DNA of 64,000 bases from Octopus vulgaris. Lineage: Eukaryota. The position numbers and the translations under genes are program-made. A model generated the notes under the pieces. It ran no database searches. It was not told the DNA's origin and worked only from the letters and a program-made list of their open reading frames with translations. The stretch covers positions 43,090,001 through 43,154,000 of the forward strand of contig OX597836.1 of assembly GCA_951406725.2 (NCBI GenBank). The letters are read 5' to 3'. Below, piece by piece: positions 45,302-58,502 of this stretch (position 1 is its first letter; each line of letters opens with the position of its first letter).

Positions 45302-45973
45302 CACGAAGGGATGCTGAAAAGTTCCTGGCTTTGAGTAACAGAAAAATACAGGAGGATCAATTAATTATGGCTTCATTCAGTATATTCCCTTCTCAGAGCA
45401 CGACGGTCAAGCGATAGTGGATGACAAACGCGATATACACTTGCGTCAGAAATTAATTAGCACTTCTCAAATTTCTACATTAAATAGGTTAAATCAATTA
45501 ACCTATGAGCTGTTCAAAACGTCTTACGCGATGAGAAAACTTAGTATGGTGTGATTTCGGTCCTTGCGAGGCGCTACCTATATCTATTAAACAAAGGAAG
45601 ATTTGTCTGCATCCGCACTCCAAGTTGTTGTTGCACTGCTATGTCAACATCATAAGGCTGTAGACTCTCAAACTGCTCTGCAAACAAAGTTACGTCATCG
45701 TTCTGCGCAACAGTGAACTCGCAACAAAGCAATAGTTCGAGATATGGCCACTAGGTGACAGCACATACCTTGAGTGAAGAGCAAATCAAGAGTGCTAATT
45801 AATTTCTGACGGTAGTGTACGCGTTAGCCATCTCTGCTCGACCTTTGACACACCTATTGCAGCGATCCTTCAGTTTTTCTAACCCCTGTAAAAGAACTCA
45901 GAAGGTTGGGCCTCCAACCAAGCGTTTTGTTATGCCCCTAAAGCCAGGAACACTTTTCACCCCACCCCTCGTA
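45302..45973 (-). mobile_element. mariner MITE with a nested small palindrome and a Tc1-type MITE (45438-45817)
   Basis: Outer ends CACGAAGGGATGCTGAAAAGTTCCTGGCTTT / AAAGCCAGGAAC..CCCCTCGTA. Inner TIR TA|CACTTGCGTCAGAAATTAATTAGCACT ... AGTGCTAATTAATTTCTGACGGTAGTG|TA. Confidence 0.8.
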
Positions 45974-46082
45974 CATGGAAGATTACAAAAAAAAAAAAAA
46001 GAAAATAATAATAAAAACTAAGCGAAAAACATCTGCCTGTGGATCGATCTACGTATCTGTTTATCTGTTGACCGTCTGTATG

Positions 46083-46690
46083 TACAAAGGTTGGACGAAA
46101 TAATGGAAATACCTTACTAAACGGCAATTTTATTATTTAGCACAGAGATGGTTCACCTTTGATTTAGTCACTTTTATATGTCGAAGAATTGTTTCATGCA
46201 GGTTCTGAACAGTTGTAAGGTGAATTCGTAACTGTTTTTCAAATAAAACCGATTTTAGCTCTTTTAGCGACCATGATAGAAGAAGCAGCTTGTTAATTGA
46301 TACTCCATAATGCACCATAAATGTCCAATTGTATTGAGATCCAGTGATTGTAGGGACCAACCCATGTTCTCTACTTTACTTTTGTGCTATTTGTACCGGT
46401 TTTAATTAACATTAACCGAATCAATCGGTATATTATCGTCCTGGAAGGTTGTGTTTTCACCAAGGAACCAGAGAACAGATATGACCAGCCAAAATAATCA
46501 GTTAATTTTTGGCATTATTTCTGTTATGTAGAAAAAGGGCCAAAAGAATTCCGTGATATGGTTGTCCAAATCATCGCAGAGCCACCTCCTGGCTTCACGG
46601 TATGGATCAAACAGCCAGGGCTGAAGGATTCTCCAGATTGTCGCCAGAAAAAAAAACTCGACCCGGAGTGAGTAAAAAGGCAAAATATGA
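46083..46690 (-). mobile_element. Degenerate Tc1 relic
   Basis: TIR-like TACAAAGGTTGGACGAAATAATGGAAATACCT; minus frame WRQSGESFSPGCLIHTVKPGGGSAMIW. Confidence 0.65.
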
Positions 46691-47616
46691 TGATGTTGAT
46701 GATGATGATACATCATTATAGGCGTAGGAGTGGCTGTGTGGTAAGTAGCTTGCTTATGAACCACATGGTTCCGGGTTCAATCCCACTGCGTTGCACCTTG
46801 GGCAAGTGTCTTCTACTATAGCCTCGGGCCGACCAAAGCCTTGTGAGTGGATTTGGTAAACGGAAACTGAAAGAAGACCGTCGTATATATGTATATATAT
46901 ATATGTATGTGTGTGTATAAGTTAGTGTGTCTGTGTTTGTCCCCCCAACATCGCTTGACAACCGATGCTGGTGTGTTTACGTTCCCGTAACTTAGCGGTT
47001 CGGCAAAAGAGACCGATAGAATAAGTACTAGGCTTACGAAGAATAAGTCCTGGGGTCGATTTGCTCGACTAAAGGCGGTGCTCCAGCATGGCCACAGTCA
47101 AATGACTGAAACAAGTAAGAGAGTAAAAGAGAGGTATGTATATATATATATATATATATACGCATGGTTCCGGGTTCATTCCCACTGCGTGACACCTTGG
47201 GCAAGTGCCTTCTATTATAGCCTCGAGCCGACCAAAGCCTTGTGAGTGGATTTGGCAGACGGAAAGGAGTATCAGAGAAGATGTTATTGTTACATTGAGC
47301 CATTATGAAATTTTGACAGATTGGACACCATTTTTTTTCCGTTCATTAATGTTGACAAGAAAGGCTCACCAATAGAAGTCGCCTCAAGGTATGCAGCATT
47401 ATAAATCTCACGACAAACGATAATGGTTGACAAAAGTGGCCAGTTGATGGTTTAGCTCTGACAAGGGTGACCAGTTGGTGGTTTGGATAGAATAAATTTT
47501 ACTATTCTGCGAACGCTCTCATTGAGCATTGCCATTATACAATCGAGATTTGGTTTTACCCTGATTATGGAGACTTTACCATTCAAAACATGAAAACAAT
47601 TCAGAAATCCATTCAC

Positions 47617-47723
<107 letters not shown>

Positions 47724-48425
47724 TATGCACATATATATAGTTGAAAAAATTAGTGTCAACAAGGAGTACGGTTGGACATTTATTTTATTTAATCTCTACA
47801 ATTGTTTCCACGCAACGTAGTTCTCCAGGCGTGCAGGTACTTCGTTATGCAACTGTTTCCCTACATTATGAGATCTAATTGTGTTTCCTCAGACGATATG
47901 TAAAGTATATGTAGTGGGAGGGTGATTCTGCTACTATTAAAGTAGTTGCCGTTTTAAAGGGATTGTCAACCACTTTAACAGTAGCAGAATCACCATCCCG
48001 TTACATCTACACATTCAAAGCAGTTTGCCAAAGGCCCTTCGAGTACTAAATTCAGGCTACGACAGACAGAGATGTTCTAGAAACCGAGGATTTTCAACTT
48101 AGGGAGACAATATTTACATAGGCGTATGAGTGGCTGTGTGGTAAGTAGCTTGCTTACGAACCACATGGTTCCGGGTTCAGTCCCACTGCGTGGCACCTTC
48201 GGCAAGTGTCTTCTACTATAGCCTCGGACCAACCAAAGCCTTGTGAGTGGATTTGGTAGACGGAAACTGAAAGAAGCCCGTCGTATATATGTATGTATAT
48301 GTATGTGTGTGTGTACATGTTTGTGCGTCTGTGTTTGTCCCCACAACATCACTTGACAATTTATGCTGGTGTGTTTACGTCCCCGTTACTTAGCGGTTCG
48401 GCAAAACAGCCCGAAACAATAAGTA

Positions 48426-48525
48426 NNNNNNNNNNNNNNNNNNNNNNNNNNNNNNNNNNNNNNNNNNNNNNNNNNNNNNNNNNNNNNNNNNNNNNNNNNN
48501 NNNNNNNNNNNNNNNNNNNNNNNNN
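48426..48525. other. Assembly gap (100 N)
   Basis: Run of 100 n, typical of a placeholder scaffold gap. Confidence 0.99.
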
Positions 48526-49474
48526 TGGTGAAGTCTGGCCTGTGGAAGTCAGCTAGATTGAACGCAAAACGAAGCGACTTCAAAGCGGGCTTCTTACCTG
48601 CGTATGCATACACACACGCTCGCGCAAGCAAGCAAACAGCCGTTCAGGAATTTGGACCTGGAGATCTCCATTTTCAGCGACTGCGAGAGCCACTTCCCAG
48701 TAGTGTAGGGCGTCAACGAAGAGACCTCGACTACAACAAGACGACCAAAGTTTTTTTTTTCCAAGGTCTGTGGGGTCTCCCGCCCCTAAGCCCTACACCA
48801 TCACCTCATCACCCTTACCCGTCTTGTTGCTTAACAACAACAACAACAACAGCAAGCAGCAGCAAGCAAACAAGCAAGCAAATATACGTGTGTGTGTATG
48901 TGTGTGTAGGTCGGTTGTTGGTACCTTAGACATTTTACGCTACTAAATTTCACTCAGATGGCAATGACATTGGTCAATGGAGAATCACAGTAGAAGATAC
49001 TTGGTCACGCCGCCACAGCGGGATCGAACTCGAAACTCGAAATCATGTTGTTGTCAAACGAACCTCTAAACCACACGCCTATATGGGTGCGCGAGCGCGC
49101 GTATGTTTCCGTGTGTGTGCGTGTATGTGTGTGTGTGTGTGTGTGTGTATATTGAGAATTGCAACTATTTTACTAAAGCCTGTTAACACAATAAGCAATT
49201 CTTTTATGCTTTTGTTATATACGTTAAGAATAATGTGTCTTTGTGTTTGGGTGAACGACAATTTCAAGGCCGAAAATGGAAAACAAAAAGCTGGGAGTGA
49301 CAGAAACTGACTCACGTAACTTTACCACGTCGTTAAAATCTTGTTATCGATTAGAGTAGAATGGGGTACTGGTAGACACGTGAGTTTATAAACACATTTT
49401 TATCTTTCATGCGCAGGCATAGTTCCGGGTTCAGTCCTACTGTGCGAAACCTTGGGCAAATGTCTTCTACTATG

Positions 49475-49784
49475 CAGTGGTTCCCAAAGTGGGCGGTACT
49501 GCCCCCTTTGATGGCGGTGAAAAGTTCCGAAGAGGCGTTGAAGAAAAGTGGGGCGATAATGGGGTAGCGATTCATGTAAAAATTGGGGGATAATGGCGTG
49601 GCGATTCATGTAAAAACAACGAAATAATGGGTTCATTATTTTAAGTTTTATTTGTGAAATACAGTTGTTTAGAATTTGCTTCAGAAAGAGGTCTATGTTT
49701 GTGATGGTTAGTTGGGGTGGGAGCGCTAGGAATGTGGCTTGGGCGTCAAGGGGGCGGCAGCCCAAAAACGTTTAGGGACCATTG
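49475..49784. mobile_element. hAT (Charlie-like) MITE inserted in SINE-A; duplicated at 51602-51912
   Basis: Ends CAGTGGTTCCCAAA / TTTAGGGACCATTG; TACTAT(A)G target duplication. Confidence 0.75.
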
Positions 49785-49966
49785 TACTATAGAATCGAAC
49801 CGACAATAGGCGGAAACTGAAAGAAGCCTGCCGCAGACCCGGTCCCATGAATTTTTCGAATGGAAGGTACAAGGTCACAAGAGAATACAATTCTAGGAGA
49901 AAAGGACGTAATGACACCATTTAGAAGGACGCGCTTTGTCTCTTGGGTCCACCCCTGGGTGGTATA

Positions 49967-50018
<52 letters not shown>

Positions 50019-50984
50019 TGTGTGCGCGCGTGTGGCTTTGTCCCTGTCTCGCACCATTTTTTGACAACCAGGATCGACGTGTTTATGCCCCGTAACTTAG
50101 CGGTTTAGGAAAGGGCCGATAGAATAAGTACTAGTTTGGGGGTGATTTGTTCGACTAAAACCTCTCGAGGCCGTGCTCCAGGATGGCCGCGGTCAAATGA
50201 CTAAAACAAGTTACTGATAAAAGATAGTCCATGTATTTATGAAACCATATATCTGTGGGACACTGGTGAAGAAAAATTCGGTTAAATTGCTGGTGTATAT
50301 ATATATATATACACACGTGGTGTGTGTATGTTTGTATACACTGGTTTCAAATTTTAGTACAGCGCCAGCAATTTGGTGAGAGGGGGTAAGCTGATTACAT
50401 AAACCCCAGTGCTCGACTTGCAATTATTTTATCCACGACGAAAGGATAAAAGGCAGAGTCGACCTAGGCAGAAGTTGAACTCAGAACATGAAAGCTTACG
50501 AAATGCGATAAGCGTTTCATCCGGCGTGCTAACGATTCAGCCAGTCCGCTGTCTGTTACGTTTGTGCATATTATATATGTATATATGTACGTGTGTGTGT
50601 GTGTGTGTGTGTGTACACACGCGCGCGCGAGCAAACTAACTTATGCAGATATAAACACACAAATATTTATATATATATATATATATTTTTTTTTTTTGTA
50701 CTTGTTTCAGTCATTTTGAGTGCGGCCATGCTGGAGCACCGCCTTTTAGAGTGGTGAAAGAGTACAGCAGGGATCGCCACAATCCCCTGCCGGAGCCTCG
50801 TGGAGCTTTTAGGTGTTTTCGCTCAATAAACACACACAACGCCCGGCCTGGGAATCGAAACCGCGATCCTCCGACCGCAAGTCCGCTGCCCTAACCACCC
50901 GATGCCCAAGATGCCACGCAGTGGGACTGAACCCGGAACCATGTGGCTGGTAAGCAAGCCATTTACCACACAGCTACTCCTGCG

Positions 50985-51078
<94 letters not shown>

Positions 51079-52094
51079 CGCATACACATATATACATATA
51101 CATATATATATATACATACACATATATACATATACATATATGTATGTATATGATGGCTTCTTTCAGTTTCCGTCAACCAAATCCACTCATGTGGCTTTGG
51201 TGGGCCCAAGGCTATTGTAGAAGACACCTCCTCAAGGTGTCACGCAGTGGGAATGAACCCAGAACTACACAGCCACGCCTGTGAATTTCAAATATTTTAC
51301 TAAAGCCTGTTAACACAATAAGCAATTCTTTTATGCTTTTGTTATATACGTTAAGAATAATGTGTCTTTGTGTTTGGGTGAACGACAATTTCAAGGCCGA
51401 AAATGGAAAACAAAAAGCTGGGAGTGACAGAAACTGACTCACGTAACTTTACCACGTCGTTAAAATCTTGTTATCGATTAGAGTAGAATGGGGTACTGGT
51501 AGACACGTGAGTTTATAAACACATTTTTATCTTTCATGCGCAGGCATAGTTCCGGGTTTAGTCCTACTGGGTGAAACCTTGGGCAAATGTCTTCTACTAT
51601 GCAGTGGTTCCCAAAGTGGGCGGTACTGCCCCCTTTGATGGCGGTGAAAAGTTCCGAAGAGGCGTTGAAGAAAAGTGGGGCGATAATGGGGTAGCGATTC
51701 ATGTAAAAATTGGGGGGATAATGGCGTGGCGATTCATGTAAAAACAACGAAATAATGGGTTCATTATTTTAAGTTTTATTTGTGAAATACAGTTGTTTAG
51801 AATTTGCTTCAGAAAGAAGTCTAGGTTTGTGATGGTTAGTTGGGGTGGGGGTGCTAGGAATGTGGCTTGGGCGTCAAGGGGGCAGCAACCCGAAAATATT
51901 TAGGGACCATTGTACTATAGAATCGGACCGACCATAGGCGGAAACTGAGGGAAGCCTGCTGCAGACCCGGTCCCATGGATTTTTTGAAGGGAAGGTACAA
52001 GGTCACAAGAGAATACAATTCTAGGGGAAAAGGACGTAATGACACCATTTAGAAGGACGCGCTTTGTCCCTTGGGTCCACCCCTGGGTGGTATA

Positions 52095-52149
<55 letters not shown>

Positions 52150-52385
52150 ACACGCGCGCGCGAGCAAACTAATTTATGCAGATATAAACACACAAATATT
52201 TCTATATATATATCTATTCTCTTTCTCTTTTCTCTTTTACTTGTTTCAGTCATTTGACTGCGGCCATGCTGGAGCACCGCCTTTTAGTACTTTTTCTATC
52301 GGTCTCTTTTTGCCGAACCGCTAAGTGACGGGGACGTAAACACACCAGCATCGGTTGCCAAGCAATGCTAGGGGGACAAACACAG

Positions 52386-52436
<51 letters not shown>

Positions 52437-52588
52437 CATATATACGACAGGCTTCTTTCAGTTTCCGTCTACCAAATCCACTCACAAGGCATTGGTCGGC
52501 CCGATGCCGAAGATGCCACGCAGTGGGACTGAACCCGGAACCATGTGGCTGGTAAGCAAGCCATTTACCACACAGCTACTCCTGGGCC

Positions 52589-52635
<47 letters not shown>

Positions 52636-52679
52636 TACACATATATACCTATACATACAGATACACATATATACCTATA

Positions 52680-52731
<52 letters not shown>

Positions 52732-53442
52732 TATAAACATATACATATATATATATACATACACATATATACATATACATATATGTATGTATGTATACGA
52801 TGGCTTCTTTCAGTTTCCGTCAATCAAATCCACTCATGAGGCTTTAGTCGGCCCAAGGCTATTGTAGAAGACACTTGCTCAAGGTGTCACACAGTGGGAA
52901 TGAACCCAAAACTACACAGCCACGCCTGTGAATTTCAAATATTTTACTAAAGCCTGTTAACACAATAAGCAATTCTTTTATGCTTTTGTTATATACGTTA
53001 AGAATAATGTGTCTTTGTGTTTGGCTGAACGACAATTTCAAGGCCGAAAATGGAAAACAAAAAGCTGGGAGTGACTCATAACTTTACCTCGTCGCTAAAA
53101 TCTTGTTATCGATTACAGTAGAATGAGGTACTGATAGACACGTGAGTTTATAAGCACATTTATATCTTTCATGCGTAGCTATTCAACAGGCGGAGGTATG
53201 GTTCCGGGTTCAGTCTCACAGTGTGAAACCATGGGCAAGCGTAATCTTTGACCGGCCACCTACATGGCTGCAAGGTTGTGAAAGAAAGCATCTTCTTTTA
53301 ACCATCAGTCTTTAAACCTTACGAAGCTCTTGCAGACATTTTAGTCTCAGATATCGTTATCCTCCATTACGTATGGATTAAGGATTTGCCTTCTCTATCC
53401 AAGATCCCAACATCCATACTTTGATCCAGACCGTTTGATATG

Positions 53443-53603
53443 TCATCATCATCATTGTTCGACCGTGGTCGAGACAATGGAATTTACCATGCTACGCCAG
53501 ACTTCACGGTCCATCATAGCATTACGGAGGTCCTGTTGCTGGATGCCTGTATCCCTGGAGATTACGTCAGGGTAGGAGAGTGTGCGCCCTCTGGTATTGC
53601 GAG
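53443..53603 (-). mobile_element. RTE-type LINE extreme 3' end
   Basis: RGRTLSYPDVISRDTG..DLRNAMMDREVWRSMV* followed by a (TGA)n tail. Confidence 0.7.
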
Positions 53604-53809
53604 TTCCAATAATAATATGTGTGAAGTTGGAAAACAAAAAGCTGGGAGTGACAGAAACTGACTCATAACTTTACCTCGTCGCTAAAATCTTGTTATCGAT
53701 TACAGTAGAATGAGGTACTGATAGACACGTGAGTTTATAAGCACATTTTTATCTTTCATGCGTAGATATTCATCAGGCGCAGGCGCGGCTGTGTGGTAAG
53801 AAGCTCCCT

Positions 53810-54510
53810 TCCGCTTCCGTGTGACGTTACCTGTTCGTGACAAGTTGTCAAGGCACGGAAGTGCTGTCTAGCCGACATGCCCGAGAGGTGGGCAAGATAG
53901 GGAAACCGTCTTGCACGCATTCGTGGAGTGTCCGGAGTTTTCGGGACTGATGGCTTTTGTCGAACAACTGTTGTCAGTGATGGGAAGAGTACAGCTATCA
54001 GCTGAGTCTATCATCGAGATTGTGCCAACTCCTTTCCTTAACAGGGAAAGGAAGGCTTGTTTTCTCTGCATGGTAGCCATACTGAAAGAAACAGTATGGA
54101 AGACGCGTGTGAAAGGTATAGTGAAAGGTACCTTTGTCTCTGGCCAGGGGCTGGTTAACTTTTTTAGTTACCACCTCATTAGCAAGATCAGGCTGGAGAA
54201 GAAGTGTCTGTCACGAGATATGCTTGTGAAAAGATGCGGTGAGCAAGCTGGGTGCGATTGACACCAGGTAAGTGAGGTCGGGTTAAAAAATAAAGGTTCT
54301 TCCCAGATGGCCGGGTGCCATTCTTTCAACGCTCCTCATTGCGGAACGCAATGACTTATTCAAAATTAAAACTTTTATTGCATATTTCATCGATTCATTT
54401 TTTCAACCGATTGATTTGACATTTTTAAATCGTAAAAGCTTCTTCACCCTTTGTCTGTCCTTGTTTGTCCCCTCCCTGTAATGCCTGTATGGCAAATCTA
54501 TATGAAATAA
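53810..54510 (+). mobile_element. Tx1/L1-clade LINE 3' fragment (CCHC region)
   Basis: CPRGGQDRETVLHAFVEC..VAILKETVWKTRVKG..LVNFFSYHL, homologous to 42811-43035. Confidence 0.78.
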
Positions 54511-55357
54511 AGAAGCTTGCTTCCCAGCCGCATGGTTCTGGGTTCAGTCCCACTGTAGGACACTTTGGGTGTCTTCTATTAAAACTTCTGGTCGACCAAA
54601 GACGGAAACTATACTATCCTATAGCCTCTATACTATACTATGGACGGAAAATATCCTATACTATAGCATTGGATCGACCATGCCCGGCGCATAGCACAAC
54701 GGTAAGAGCGTCGGGTTCTCAATCATGAGGTAGTGTGTTGGATCCCCGGACCGGGCTGTGTGTTTTGTTCTTGAGCTAAACAACTTTATTTCACGTTGCT
54801 GCAGTTCACTCAGCTGTAGAAAGGTGTTGTGACGTCACTGATGCCAACATGTACCGGCCTTTGCCTTTCATTTGGATAACATCGGTGGCGTGGAGAGGAA
54901 AGGCTGGTATGCATGGGCGACTGCTGGTCTTCCATAAACAACCTTGCCCGGACTTGTGCCTCGGAGTTAACTTTAAGTGCATTTTCATACTCATCAATGA
55001 CCGAAGGAGGTCTTTACCCTAAAAAATATACTCTATCCAGTACGAAATAATATTAATTTAAATACAAAACCGAAACAGTTTCATACTTTTATTATACTTG
55101 AACAAGTATAGGAGTGGCTGTGGTAAGTAGCTTGCTTATCAACCACATGGTTCCGGGTTCAGTCCCGCTGCATGGCACCTTGGGCAAGTGTCCAGGCGCA
55201 GGAGTGGCTTTGTGGTAAGTAGTTTGCTTAGCAACCACATGGTTCCGGGTTCAGTCCCACTGCATCGTACCTTGAGCAAATGTCTTCTACTATAGCCTCG
55301 GGCAGACCAAAGCCTTGTGAGTGGATTTGGTAGACGGAAACTGAAAGGAGCCCGTCG

Positions 55358-55390
<33 letters not shown>

Positions 55391-56165
55391 GCGTATGTGT
55401 GTGTGTGTGTGTGTGTGTATGTGCTTGTGTGTTTGTGTTTGTCCCCCCAACATCGCTTGACAACCGATGCTGGTGTGTTTACGTCCCCGTAACTTGGCGG
55501 TTCGGCGAAAGAGACCGATAGAATAAGTACTGGCTTACAAAGAATAAGTCCTGGGGTCGATTTTCTCGACTAAAGGCGGTGCTCCAGCATGGCCGCAGTC
55601 AAATGACTGAAACAAGTAAAAGAGTAAAAATAGAGAGAGAGAGAGAGAAAGCATATTTATAAAATACGCCATGTATCTTAAAGCAATCTTTCAAACGCTG
55701 TTCATGAGTTATATATATCTTTAAATACAAAAGAAAAACACAAGGACGCTGGACCTGGATAGTAAGAAACTAAGAAAAAAAAAACGTGGAAAAAACATGA
55801 GGAAGGTTTGTGCAAAAAATGTAACAATAAAAAATAAACGAAATTTAGAAAACTAAAATCCTCGTCCTCCTTGATTGCAGAAAGTTTATTAAATACAACT
55901 GGTTTAGAACAAAATAACCGAAAATAGATTAAAGTCTGCGAGACAGCAACTCAATGCGGAGCCGGTGGTGCCCGGTATTTCGATAAAAGGAACTTTCCCA
56001 TGTGTCTACAGTTGCTAAAACTTTCAGCTTTTTAATTAAGCAGTGTGTTGGAATTGCTGGATAGAGCCTGAAATATTGCTTTATGATACATGGCGCATTT
56101 TATAAATATGCCTGCTCAAGTATCATAAAAGCATGTAGCTCTTTCGACTGTGTATATATGTGTGA

Positions 56166-56231
<66 letters not shown>

Positions 56232-56288
56232 ACACACTTTGGAGTGTGCTTCTCTTCAGATGTGTTTTTTTTATTAATTATATACACG

Positions 56289-56320
<32 letters not shown>

Positions 56321-56397
56321 CACTTTGGAGTGTGCTTCTCTTCTGATATGTGTTATTTTTATTAACTATATATATACACACACACATATATATATAT

Positions 56398-56504
<107 letters not shown>

Positions 56505-56595
56505 AAAAAGGGTGGAATATAATTAATTTAATAAAATTAATAAATTTCACCTAGTAGATTTATCGGTATGGAAAAGACCATATTTGGTAAGGATT

Positions 56596-57070
56596 ATAAT
56601 AATTATAATAAAGGGTTAATAGCAACAAGTTGCTCAAAACCACATACCGAAAATATTAGAAATAGCAGCCAAATTGGTAATTTTGGTAATTTTGGAGGGG
56701 GATATGAATTCGCATGTCTGTATAAATGTAGGGATGCTAGCATTCCGTTAGATCGTTCGATGTCGCTGGTTGAGGTGGTGTAGCGTTGAGTTTTTTCCCC
56801 TAGCATTTCTAGATTTATAGGAAATATTATATTGACAAGGAAATGAGCCTTCGGTTCTAATCCACAAACGATTCGTCTATAATTAATCCATAGGCTGGGA
56901 TTCCGTTATTTTCTTTCTTTTTTGCCATATACAGGTTACAAATACTGTTTGTTTGTGGAGACTTTTTATTAGTAAGAGAAATAGTGATCAATTTGGCTGC
57001 TATTTCTAATATTTTCGGTATGTGGTTTTGAGCAACTTGTTGCCATTAACCTTTCATTATAATAATTATA
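56596..57070. mobile_element. Penelope-like relic with ~75-bp inverted arms
   Basis: GCAACAAGTTGCTCAAAACCACATACCGAAAATATTAGAAATAGCAGCCAAATTG is inverted at 56990-57045; a degenerate hammerhead follows at 57229. Confidence 0.55.
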
Positions 57071-57228
57071 TATATATATATAAAATTTGGTTTAAATGTT
57101 TGACAACTCAGCACCGTCAATTGGGCGGCGGGCGTTTTGCTCGTTCTTCTATAAATTCGAATGTAGAGCTTTAAAGTAACACTAGCCCCACAAACGTCGG
57201 CTATTTAAAATCTTACCTGTTATAAAAT

Positions 57229-57312
57229 TTTATCTGAAGATGGTGGATTGTATTATGACGATATCTTTTACGATTACATCAAATAAAACTCTACCAAAAT
57301 AGCTGTCGTAAA
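57229..57312 (+). ncRNA. Degenerate hammerhead motif (G12A)
   Basis: Stem I UUUAU/GUAAA; CUGAAGA; stem II GGUGGA/UCUACC; AAAA instead of GAAA; stem III AUAGCUGU; GUC triplet. Confidence 0.6.
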
Positions 57313-57356
57313 TTTTAAACGCCATTCGCGTTTACTATGTCATATATGTATGTATA

Positions 57357-57447
<91 letters not shown>

Positions 57448-57582
57448 GCTTTATTCATCATGTACAAGTACGTGTGTATTCATCATCATTTTCTTTTCTT
57501 CAATTTTAGGAAATCGGAGCATGTTTTTGACAATTCAGGAGCGTACTGAACCTCTTATGTGGGTGGTTTTTGGACCATCCTG

Positions 57583-57647
<65 letters not shown>

Positions 57648-57696
57648 ATATATACATATATATATCAATATATATATATATATATATATATTATCA

Positions 57697-57728
<32 letters not shown>

Positions 57729-57745
57729 TACATATATATATATAT

Positions 57746-57806
<61 letters not shown>

Positions 57807-57870
57807 TATATCAATATATATATATATATTATATATATATATACATATATATATATACATATATATATAT

Positions 57871-57909
<39 letters not shown>

Positions 57910-57945
57910 CATATATACATATAAATATATATATATCTATAAATA

Positions 57946-57976
<31 letters not shown>

Positions 57977-58390
57977 CATTATATATATATACATATATAT
58001 ATACTCTTTACTCTTTTACTTGTTTCAGTCATTTGACTGCGGCTATGCTGGAGCACCACCTTTTAGTACTTATTCTATCGGTCTCTTTTTGCCGAACCGC
58101 TAAGTGACGGGGACCTAAACACACCAGCAATGCTAGGGGGACAAACGCAGACACACAAACACACACACATACACACATATATACATATACATATATACGA
58201 CAGGCTTCTTTCAGTTTCCGTCTACCAAATCCACTCACAAGGCATTGGTCGGCCCGGGGCTATAGCAGAAGACACTTGCCCAAGATGCCACGCAGTGGGA
58301 CTGAACCCGCAACCGTGTGGTTGGTTAGCAAGCTACTTACCACACAGCCACTCCTGCGCCTATATATACATATATATATATAAATACACT

Positions 58391-58502
<112 letters not shown>

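Larger units (their letters stand above)
49166..53765. repeat. Local tandem duplication (~2.1-kb offset) with a core segment repeated four times
   Basis: The core starts at 49166, 51293 and 52940, with a partial copy at 53629. The hAT MITE and downstream sequence are duplicated at an offset of ~2127. Confidence 0.9.

Noticed and set aside
48528-48929. 133-aa GC-richer ORF after the gap
   Set aside because: No recognisable domain or splice context, it is truncated by the gap, and it is probably repeat-derived.
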